Shown here in pieces: positions 36,063 through 43,893 of a stretch of DNA of 64,000 nucleotides. The stretch lies in NCBI GenBank assembly GCA_964354655.1, contig CAYHAL010000003.1:3670-67669 (forward strand), written 5' to 3'. The notes beneath the pieces were generated by a model, which searched no databases, had not been told where the DNA came from, and was given only the letters and a program-made list of their open reading frames with translations. This stretch comes from an uncultured Dehalococcoidales bacterium. Lineage in GTDB: Bacteria > Chloroflexota > Dehalococcoidia > Dehalococcoidales > E44-bin46. Position numbers and translations under genes: made by a program. The first letter of the stretch is position 1, and each line of letters begins with the position of its first letter.

Positions 36063-37023
36063 AATCAGAGGCGGTTATCTTGGCTTGGCTATCCTCTTTG
36101 CGGTGATGGCAGCAATGCCCTTTGCCCTCGCTGAATACCGACTTACCACTATGCTGATGATGCTAATCTGGATTATTGTCGCCGTAAGCTACCGCCTCCT
36201 GGCAACTACCGGGGAATTCTCCCTGGGACACGTAGTGGTTATGGGTATCGGAGCTTACTCCAGTGGCATAATGGGGCGCCAAATGGGCATACCCTTCTGG
36301 GTTAGCGCGCCCCTGGGAGGCTTGATCGCAGCTGGCTTCGCTGCGGCAACAGCACGTCCCCTGTTTAGAATGAAGGGATTCTACTTCCTCCTCGGCTCCT
36401 TTGCTCTGGGAGAAGCGGTACGGTTATGCTTCAGAGGGTTTAAGTTTCCCTTCGGAGGTGAAGGCGGGTATTGGTATATCCCCACTCCCTCAATAGGGTC
36501 ATTCACCTTTCATAGCACCTTTTCCTATTTCTACCTAACGTTAGGGGTAGCAGCGGCGTGTCTCTTGGTTATGTATCTAATAGACCAGAGCCGCATCGGC
36601 AAGGCTATGGTGGCTATCCATTCCCAAGACTTATTATGTGAAAGCCTAGGGATAAACATCCTGGGATACAAAACCCTGGCTTATATCGTCGCCTCCTTCT
36701 TCGCCGGCATCGCTGGCGCTCTGCTAGCCCACTACATGACGACGGCGAGCCCACCTCAGTTCGCTATAGGCAACATGTTACTTGTTCTGGTCTGGGTAGT
36801 CGTGGGCGGAGTGAACACCTTCTGGGGGCCAATAGCCGGAGTCTTCACCCTGTATTCCATCCAGGAGCAGTTACGTGGCGTCTTGATAGAATATATGCCC
36901 ATGTTCTATGGCATTGTCCTGATAGCAATGGTATTCGCCCTGCCTGGTGGTCTGGAGAGTTTGCCAGCTAGGATTACTGAATGGCGAAGAGCCAGGAGGG
37001 AAAGGCTAGGAACGGTTGGGTAA
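36055..37023 (+). CDS. livM: LivM-family ABC permease, unit 2
   Basis: 322-aa polytopic protein that overlaps the livH stop. Paralogue of 15579..16556. Confidence 0.85.
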   Translation: MAKIRGGYLGLAILFAVMAAMPFALAEYRLTTMLMMLIWIIVAVSYRLLATTGEFSLGHVVVMGIGAYSSGIMGRQMGIPFWVSAPLGGLIAAGFAAATARPLFRMKGFYFLLGSFALGEAVRLCFRGFKFPFGGEGGYWYIPTPSIGSFTFHSTFSYFYLTLGVAAACLLVMYLIDQSRIGKAMVAIHSQDLLCESLGINILGYKTLAYIVASFFAGIAGALLAHYMTTASPPQFAIGNMLLVLVWVVVGGVNTFWGPIAGVFTLYSIQEQLRGVLIEYMPMFYGIVLIAMVFALPGGLESLPARITEWRRARRERLGTVG

Positions 37024-37056
37024 GAGAAATCCACACTAAATCAACACTGAGGAATA

Positions 37057-37095
37057 GAAAAAGCCTGAGTAATTATAATTACTCAGGCTTTTTCT
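37057..37095. terminator. Bidirectional Rho-independent terminator between convergent livM and livG (unit 2)
   Basis: AAGCCTGAGTAATT (37061-37074) pairs with AATTACTCAGGCTT (37077-37090), flanked by an A-tract and a T-tract. Confidence 0.75.
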
Positions 37096-37125
37096 AAACT
37101 GGTACCGTAAAAGTCTATTACCTAA

Positions 37126-37893
37126 TTAAACTGCAAGTTCGCCTGCACCTAAGTAAGCTTCAATAACACGCTCATCCCGTGAAATCTCTTTCGGTGTGCC
37201 TTCAGCAATCTTCTTGCCAAAGTCGAGCACAGTTATCTGGTCTGATATACCCATAACCGCCCTCATATCATGCTCCACCAGTAACACGGTTACCCCTTGG
37301 TCGCGTATCTTCCTTATCAACCCCATAAAATGATCAGTTTCTACCGGGTTCATCCCCGTAACCGGCTCATCTAGACACAGCAGTTTGGGCTCAGTAGCTA
37401 CAGCCAAGGAAACCCCCAACGCTCTCTGATAGCCATGAGGGAGATTCATCGCCAGTTCATCCTTGAATTTGGCCAGTCCAAAGAAGTCAATTAACTCTAG
37501 GCATTTCCTCTTGTTCTCCGCCTCTATCTTCCCAGCAGTACCCATGAGCTTAGTGATAAAGTTCATCCCCGCGTGCAAATGGCGTGCCACCATCATCCCT
37601 TGTAGCACGGTATGGTCGGCAAAGAGGACACTGGTGGCTTGAAAAGTCCGCACCAGACCCCTTTCGGCTATTTCATGTGGTGTAAGACCAGTTATATCCT
37701 CCCCATCATACCTAATCTTTCCTGCTGTTACCGGGTAAACCCCGGTGATAAGGTTATACATGGTTGTTTTACCAGCACCGTTGGGACCGATAAGCGCCCT
37801 AATCTCCCCCTTTTCAACATCCATATCAACATCACTTACCGCTGCCAAACCACCAAAGTACTTAGTTACCCCTCTTAATTCAAGTAAAGCCAT
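37126..37893 (-). CDS. livG: LivG-family ABC ATP-binding protein, unit 2
   Basis: Walker [10 protein letters not shown], Walker B LLCLDEP, C-terminus VIEAYLG. Paralogue of 16672..17442. Confidence 0.85.
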   Translation of the reverse strand: MALLELRGVTKYFGGLAAVSDVDMDVEKGEIRALIGPNGAGKTTMYNLITGVYPVTAGKIRYDGEDITGLTPHEIAERGLVRTFQATSVLFADHTVLQGMMVARHLHAGMNFITKLMGTAGKIEAENKRKCLELIDFFGLAKFKDELAMNLPHGYQRALGVSLAVATEPKLLCLDEPVTGMNPVETDHFMGLIRKIRDQGVTVLLVEHDMRAVMGISDQITVLDFGKKIAEGTPKEISRDERVIEAYLGAGELAV

Positions 37894-38000
37894 AAACCTC
37901 CTCCAGCCAAAGATAAACGGGAATTTTTATAGGAGAAAAGGCAATTTTATTGAATTAACCTAACATAGCTGCCCAAGGTTGTCAAGTTCTTTTGATTTTC

Positions 38001-38046
38001 GGCGGTGGCATAGCGGGGATAACTTCAGCATTAGAATTAGCCAATA
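38001..38046 (+). repeat. 46-bp perfect duplicate of the 5' coding end of the HdrA-like gene (FAD-binding GGGIAGITSALELAN segment); the second copy is at 38583..38628
   Basis: GGCGGTGGCATAGCGGGGATAACTTCAGCATTAGAATTAGCCAATA occurs identically at both positions in the same orientation. The upstream copy sits in a short dead-end ORF (...VLLIFGGGIAGITSALELANIGNSWLLLGIRGKQE*, stop at 38091). Confidence 0.9.
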
Positions 38047-38552
38047 TAGGAAATTCTTGGTTGCTTTTGGGAATTCGAGGTAAACAGGAATGATATTAGC
38101 GAACGTGGTTCTGCACAGGTGTCCAATGTGTCTAAGGGTGTGCGTCTTAACAGCTCCGAACCAGGCCCACATCAGATGCATACTCGAGTCAGGGTGTCTT
38201 GACAGATCGCGTAGTAAAGCTCTGATATCGGAGACCAGTTGAGTTCTATCAGCCATCAAAGAATAGAAGCTCAACACCCGGGCTTACCCTTGCACTTGCA
38301 AACTTATAGTGATAGGACGGTGGTAGCAAACAAACCGATGTTTTGCTGGCAAGAAAGTGATATAATAGCCCTCTGGGAGACAAGACTTTTGACTCTGAAG
38401 CATTCATCTATTTCCGGCCTAAAATGTCACCATTTTGCTGATTACATACAGAGTAATACTGAGAAGATGGCTGATTTAACAGAACCCGGTGTTTCGCAAA
38501 GGTCTCTCACCCCTAGCGATATTACCATCAAATATGATAGTATCTATAGAAT

Positions 38553-39806
38553 ATGAAAGCAGATAGGTCTATTGTAGTTATTGGCGGTGGCATAGCGGGG
38601 ATAACTTCAGCATTAGAATTAGCCAATAGTGGTTTCACAGTATACTTAATAGAGAAGGAGGCACGAATTGGAGGGCAAGCAGCCTCCTTCTGTTGCAAAG
38701 CCACGGAAGTTTGCTCTAAATGCTCCGCCTGCCTCCTCCCTCAAAGGATTAGTGAGATAGCAAGTTATCCCCAAATCTCAATCCTGACTAATTCAACGGT
38801 GGTGGGGGTAAATGGCGAACTGGGCAACTTTCAGGTGGAGGTTTGCCAAAAGCCCCAATATATCTCCCCTAAAAAATGCATCGCCTGTGGAATGTGCATC
38901 GGGGTTTGCCCCACCACGCCTAAGGCAATCCAGTCCCCTCCCCCCGAGGCAGTTCCTTATTCCTATTCCATTAGTGAATCCCAGTGCCTCTACCTCAAAA
39001 GGGAGGAGTGCAACCTCTGCCGGGAAATATGCCCCACCAACGCTATAATCTTTGGGCAAAAACCCGAAAGGCAAAAACTGAATAATGTGGGGGCAATCAT
39101 TGTGGCCACCGGCTTTGACGTCTTTAATGCTCGAGAACTTGGCTGCCTGGGTTATGGCAGATACCCTAATGTTTTAACTGGTTTTGACCTGGAGAAGATT
39201 TTCAGAAATCAGGGCTCTCTTAAGCTTCCCTCAAATGCAAAGGAACCGAAGAAGGTCGCCTTTATCCAATGTGTCGGCTCAAGGGACGAAAATCATGGCT
39301 ATTGCTCCCAAGTATGCTGCAAATATGCCATGAGACTGGCTCGACTTATCACATATCAAAATCCTGATGCTGAAGTTACTATCTTTTACATTGATCTTCA
39401 AACCGCGGGAAAGGGCTTTGCCCAGTTTTATAAGGAATATCAGGAAAGTATCCGATTTATCCGGGGCGTGCCAATCGAAATCTCAGAGGCTCCCTCTGAT
39501 GAAGTTGAGGTGAAATTTGAGAATATTGCAGAAGGAAGGGTTGAGCGAGAAAACTTTGACCTTGTAACTCTTTCAGTAGGTATCGCCCCCAGAAAAGACT
39601 CTTGGGAGCTGGCCAAAGTTTTGGGAATAAATCTAGAAGATGATGGCTTCTTCGACATCAAGGGGCCGCTCAATACCACAGAAACCAACGTTGACGGGGT
39701 CTTCCTTGCCGGAGCTTGTCAGAGTCCCAAGGATATCCCTGATTCAATCGCTCACGGAATCTCGGCAGCAGAAAGAGCGATGGAGGTTTTACAGAGATGC
39801 AAGTAA
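38553..39806 (+). CDS. HdrA-like FAD-dependent oxidoreductase with an inserted 2x[4Fe-4S] ferredoxin domain (short form)
   Basis: 417 aa with the FAD motif VIGGGIAGITSALELANSG, the clusters CIACGMCIGVCP and CNLCREICP, and the HdrA-typical IQCVGSRDENHGYCSQVCC. Confidence 0.75.
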   Translation: MKADRSIVVIGGGIAGITSALELANSGFTVYLIEKEARIGGQAASFCCKATEVCSKCSACLLPQRISEIASYPQISILTNSTVVGVNGELGNFQVEVCQKPQYISPKKCIACGMCIGVCPTTPKAIQSPPPEAVPYSYSISESQCLYLKREECNLCREICPTNAIIFGQKPERQKLNNVGAIIVATGFDVFNARELGCLGYGRYPNVLTGFDLEKIFRNQGSLKLPSNAKEPKKVAFIQCVGSRDENHGYCSQVCCKYAMRLARLITYQNPDAEVTIFYIDLQTAGKGFAQFYKEYQESIRFIRGVPIEISEAPSDEVEVKFENIAEGRVERENFDLVTLSVGIAPRKDSWELAKVLGINLEDDGFFDIKGPLNTTETNVDGVFLAGACQSPKDIPDSIAHGISAAERAMEVLQRCK

Positions 39807-41428
39807 AGATGGGCGTTTTTCTCTGCGACTGTGGGGGGAGTTTAAAGAACATAGATTTCCCTAAAGTTAGGGAGAATTTAGAGGACCTTGAAGACGTCGC
39901 CTTTGTAGACATAAGCCATAATCTGTGCCTTGAAGAAGGGGAAAAAGCGATAACTTCAAGGACCCTGACTGAGAACATCGATAGAGTGGTAATCGCTGCT
40001 TGCTCACCAGAGTTCTGTGAGCGTAATTTTGCCAGGCTTCTAGAAAAGCTTAGGCTTAACCCCAATCTTCTTTCCCTGGCAAATATCAGAGAGCAATGTT
40101 CATGGGCTCATGAAGGAGATGTCACTAGGAAGGCGCTGGAACTGATAATGATGGCCGTGGATAAAGCTCGGCTGCTTCAGCCAGTGGAGAGAAAGGAAGT
40201 TGCGGTAAACAAAGAGGTCCTAGTGGTAGGTGGAGGATTCTGCGGGATGAAATCCTCTCTTGAGCTTTCCCAGCTTGGGATTAGGACTACTCTAGTGGAA
40301 AGAGAGCCGACCTTGGGGGGAAAGCTTAAGGAGCTTGAAGGATTTTATGGCTCCCAAAGAGAGGCGATGATAAAAGCAGTAGAAAAAGAGGAAAACATTG
40401 AGATTCTCACCTCTGCTGAAGTGATAGGGGTAGAAGGGAAGATAGGGGATTTCAGGGTAAGGATAAGGAGGGAGACAAAGGAAATCTTGCGAACTTTTGG
40501 AGCCATAGTTTTCGCCACTGGGTATAAAACCGAGATCACTGCTGGGGACTTCCCGCTTAAGCCGGGCATTAACATCATTTCGCAAAAGAGACTGGCCCAG
40601 ATGCTTCAAACTCCAACTCTAGAAGCAAGCCCCGAAACCATAGGTTTTATATTTGACCTCTCCGACGAGAACTCTCGTTTCCCAACACTGGCCACCTTAA
40701 ATAATGCCTTAGCAGTTAAACAGAGGTGGGGCAGCGAAGTTTATGTCTTCTGCAAGAACGTCAAAGTGGATAGCGAAGGAGTGGAAAAACTGTACCGGGA
40801 GGCAAGAGAGAAGGGAGTGATGTTCTTAAAGTTTGACAAGAATCCCAAGATTTCAGCAGATGACAGCCGAGTGAGAATCGATGCGGGAGATACTCTACTC
40901 GGGGAAGAGATAGCACTAACCTGCGACCTTGTGGTTGCCGAGGAGAAATTGTTGCCTGCCGAAGGTACTGAAGGTTTAAGCTCCGTGCTAAAGATAAGAA
41001 CCGACTCCCAGGGTTTTTACCAGGAGGAAAATGTGCACCTTTATCCTGTTTCCTCAGAGAGGAAAGGGATATTCTTTGTTGGAAATTGTCGAGGGGATTT
41101 AGACCTTGGCCGAGTGTTAGCAGATATTTCCAGCGTTGTTGCCATAGTCCACGAACTGTTATCTCTGGGGAAGATTATGGTGGAGGTAGAGCGGGTTAAG
41201 GCAGATCCCCAAAAGTGTGTGGCATGCCTCACTTGCATCCGTGCCTGCCCGCACCGTGCCGTCCAACTGGTTCACATAGATAGCGAGAAAGTGGCGGCTG
41301 AAATTTCCCAGCTTGCCTGTGATAAATGCGGTATTTGCGCTGCTATTTGCCCGGCCAAGGCTATAAAATTTGAGGGCTATAGTGATGACCAAATCTTGGC
41401 TCAAATTGAAGCAATAGGGGTATCATGA
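39797..41428 (+). CDS. HdrA-like flavoprotein, second unit (N-terminal CxCGG domain, FAD domain, C-terminal 2x[4Fe-4S])
   Basis: 543 aa with GVFLCDCGGSL, REQCSWAH and VVGGGFCGMKSSLELSQLG. The C-terminal clusters are CVACLTCIRACP and CDKCGICAAICP. The internal CVGSRD...CC cysteines are replaced by FDLSDENSRF. It overlaps the upstream gene by 10 nt. Confidence 0.7.
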   Translation: MQVKMGVFLCDCGGSLKNIDFPKVRENLEDLEDVAFVDISHNLCLEEGEKAITSRTLTENIDRVVIAACSPEFCERNFARLLEKLRLNPNLLSLANIREQCSWAHEGDVTRKALELIMMAVDKARLLQPVERKEVAVNKEVLVVGGGFCGMKSSLELSQLGIRTTLVEREPTLGGKLKELEGFYGSQREAMIKAVEKEENIEILTSAEVIGVEGKIGDFRVRIRRETKEILRTFGAIVFATGYKTEITAGDFPLKPGINIISQKRLAQMLQTPTLEASPETIGFIFDLSDENSRFPTLATLNNALAVKQRWGSEVYVFCKNVKVDSEGVEKLYREAREKGVMFLKFDKNPKISADDSRVRIDAGDTLLGEEIALTCDLVVAEEKLLPAEGTEGLSSVLKIRTDSQGFYQEENVHLYPVSSERKGIFFVGNCRGDLDLGRVLADISSVVAIVHELLSLGKIMVEVERVKADPQKCVACLTCIRACPHRAVQLVHIDSEKVAAEISQLACDKCGICAAICPAKAIKFEGYSDDQILAQIEAIGVS

Positions 41429-41811
41429 ACGGGGAAATTATAGCTTTCTGTTGTGAACATTCCGCCTATGCTGCTGCTGATGCGGCGGGGAAGCAAGGAC
41501 TTCACTACCCAGAAAACCTGCGAGTTATCCGGGTTCCCTGTGCTGGGAGGGTGGATATAATCCATATGCTGAAGGCCTTAGAGGAAGGCGCTGCAGCGGT
41601 ACTAGTGCTCGGCTGTGAAGATGGACTTTGCCAACATCTAACCGGAAATGTAAGGGCAAAGGAGAGGGTAAAATATTCCGAGACGCTATTGAAAGAGGTC
41701 GGGATAGATGGCGGGCGTGTGGAAATGTTCAACCTTGCCGCCAATGCCCCTCATAAGTTCATCAAGATAATAAATGAAATGAATGAAAGAATAAAGGAGC
41801 GGGAGAGGTAA
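41425..41811 (+). CDS. mvhD: MvhD-like [2Fe-2S] electron-transfer protein
   Basis: 128 aa with IIAFCCEHSAY...IRVPCAGRVD...GCEDGLCQH, typical of the FlpD/MvhD family. Confidence 0.8.
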   Translation: MNGEIIAFCCEHSAYAAADAAGKQGLHYPENLRVIRVPCAGRVDIIHMLKALEEGAAAVLVLGCEDGLCQHLTGNVRAKERVKYSETLLKEVGIDGGRVEMFNLAANAPHKFIKIINEMNERIKERER

Positions 41812-41812
41812 A

Positions 41813-42472
41813 ATGATAATCGCTGAAAGAAAACCTATGGAAGAAATCCTCCAGATGATAGCCCCCTATAAGAAGGTACTTCTGGCCGGTTGTGGGACAT
41901 GTGTTGCCATCTGCTGGACGGGAGGAGAAAAGGAGGTCGGAATACTGGCTTCACAACTTCGGCTTGCCCGAGGTAAGGAGGGGGACAAGACCAATACTGT
42001 TGAAGCTACGGTTGAGAGGCAGTGTGAAAAGGAGATGGTAGAAGAGCTTAGAGACAAAGCCGAGGGAGTTGAAGCAGTTCTTTCTCTAGCCTGTGGGGCT
42101 GGGATACAAACCCTGGCTGAGGTATTTGAGGACAAGCCAGTTTTTCCAGCCGTGAATACCACCTTCCTCGGCAGTCCTGAAGGAGAGGGGGTGTGGCTGG
42201 AGAATTGTGGCGCCTGCGGGGATTGCTTCCTTGACCGAACCGGGGGTATCTGCCCCATGGTTCGCTGCGCCAAAGGGATTCTCAACGGTCCCTGTGGGGG
42301 CACAAGGAAGGGAGGGAAGTGTGAGATAGACCCAGATAAAGACTGTGGTTGGGTTCTCATCTACCGTAGGCTGGAGAAACAGGGAAGGCTTGACCTAATG
42401 CGGAAATATTATCCACCGAAAAACTTCCGGGCGGTGAAGAGACCGGGCAAGATGAAGGCGATAAAAGCTTAG
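41813..42472 (+). CDS. metV: Methylene-THF reductase accessory zinc-ribbon/FeS subunit
   Basis: 219 aa with CPMVRCAKGILNGPCGGTRKGGKCEIDPDKDCGW (MTHFR_C-like). It lies directly upstream of metF and ends in TAG. Confidence 0.8.
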   Translation: MIIAERKPMEEILQMIAPYKKVLLAGCGTCVAICWTGGEKEVGILASQLRLARGKEGDKTNTVEATVERQCEKEMVEELRDKAEGVEAVLSLACGAGIQTLAEVFEDKPVFPAVNTTFLGSPEGEGVWLENCGACGDCFLDRTGGICPMVRCAKGILNGPCGGTRKGGKCEIDPDKDCGWVLIYRRLEKQGRLDLMRKYYPPKNFRAVKRPGKMKAIKA

Positions 42473-42482
42473 GAGGCGAAGG

Positions 42483-43376
42483 ATGGCAAGGGATTTTAGA
42501 GAAACACTCAAAACAAAAGACTTTGTCGTAACTGCTGAGGCAGCTCCGACCAAAGGCTCTAGTGTAGAGAGGTCGCTGGAGCATATCGAGCTTCTCAAGG
42601 ATAAGGTAGATGCTCTCAATGTGACTGACAACCAGAGCTCGGTAATGCGCTATCCCTCTGTAGGCATCTGCCTTTTAATCAAAGAACACGGCGGGGAGGC
42701 AGTGCTTCAGGTCACCTGCCGGGACCGAAATCGCCTGGCAATTCAAGCGGATCTCCTCTTCGCCTGGTCTCGAGGGGTACGCAACGTCCTCTGTCTTACC
42801 GGTGATTCTATAGACGTTGGCGACCATAAGGAAGCAAAACCGGTCTTTGATCTCGAATCAGTGCAGCTTATCCACCTTGTCCATGCCTTGAACTCGGGCA
42901 AGGACATGGCGGGTAACGAGCTCAACGGAGGCACTGACTTCTGTATTGGGACTACTGCCACCCCTTCAGCCGACCCCATCGAGCCCCAGCTGGTTAAAGT
43001 GCAGAAGAAGCTGGAAGCCGGGGTAGACTTCATTCAAACACAGGCAGTTTACGACCTTGACGAGCTTAAGAGATTTGTGGAATTTGTGCGCAAACACGAC
43101 CAAAAGGTCAAAGTCCTATTGGGAATAGTGCCTGTTATTGGAGCAAAGATGGCACAATATATGAATGAGAACGTTCCCGGCATTTTTGTCCCTCAATATA
43201 TTATTGACGAACTGGCCCAAGCTCCGAAAGGCACAGGCATTAATAAAGGAATAGAGATAGCCGCCAGGTTAATAAGGAAAGCTAAGGAAGACAAACTATG
43301 CGATGGAACCCATATCATGTTCATTGGGAAAGAGGAGAGGGTTCCTGAGATTCTGGAAGCTGCCGGACTACTGTAA
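42483..43376 (+). CDS. metF: 5,10-methylenetetrahydrofolate reductase
   Basis: 297-aa MTHFR TIM-barrel sequence (VTAEAAPTKG, LQVTCRDRNR, LCLTGD, QTQAVYD). Confidence 0.85.
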   Translation: MARDFRETLKTKDFVVTAEAAPTKGSSVERSLEHIELLKDKVDALNVTDNQSSVMRYPSVGICLLIKEHGGEAVLQVTCRDRNRLAIQADLLFAWSRGVRNVLCLTGDSIDVGDHKEAKPVFDLESVQLIHLVHALNSGKDMAGNELNGGTDFCIGTTATPSADPIEPQLVKVQKKLEAGVDFIQTQAVYDLDELKRFVEFVRKHDQKVKVLLGIVPVIGAKMAQYMNENVPGIFVPQYIIDELAQAPKGTGINKGIEIAARLIRKAKEDKLCDGTHIMFIGKEERVPEILEAAGLL

Positions 43377-43399
43377 AAGAGTTAGCAAGGAGGGGAAAG

Positions 43400-43879
43400 A
43401 TGACCATAGTACTGAATGAACTAGATACCAAATTCAAATATGATATTGCTGCTGAACCGGGAGGGGAAAATATTAAGCTCTGCTTTGCTTGCGGGCTATG
43501 CACTGCTAGTTGCCCCGTTGCTGATATCGACCCTGAATTTAATCCACGGAGGATAATCCGCATGGTGCTTTTGGGGATGAGAAAGGAGGTTCTCTCCTCT
43601 TACGTTCCTTGGCTTTGCATCCAGTGTCATACCTGTCAGGCGCACTGCCCCCAGAATGTTAATTTCGCCGACCTGATGAAACCGCTAAGGAATATGGCAG
43701 TAAGGGAAGGGTATATCCACCCTTCCTTCGCCAAGAAGATAAAGGAGATTGATGCCTTCTCTCAGCGGCTGCGCAACCAAATGGTACGATCCATTGTAGA
43801 CAAGAAATCCGAGGAAACAAAAGTAGATGTGGCAAGACTTGCTGAGGAGACGCTGGGAAAAGAGAAGGCGAAGATTTAA
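43400..43879 (+). CDS. HdrC-like 2x[4Fe-4S] ferredoxin
   Basis: 159 aa with CFACGLCTASCP and CIQCHTCQAHCP, spaced as in HdrC/4Fe-4S dicluster proteins. Confidence 0.6.
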   Translation: MTIVLNELDTKFKYDIAAEPGGENIKLCFACGLCTASCPVADIDPEFNPRRIIRMVLLGMRKEVLSSYVPWLCIQCHTCQAHCPQNVNFADLMKPLRNMAVREGYIHPSFAKKIKEIDAFSQRLRNQMVRSIVDKKSEETKVDVARLAEETLGKEKAKI

Positions 43880-43893
43880 ATAAGGATTTAAAG

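Noticed and set aside
37960-38277. 105-aa minus-strand ORF (MADRTQLVSDIRALLRDLSRHPDSS...), possibly a transposase or mobile-element gene fragment.
   Set aside because: No recognisable transposase, integrase or HTH motif is present. Its C-terminal third is just the reverse reading of the duplicated hdrA fragment. It is kept only as context for the duplication finding.
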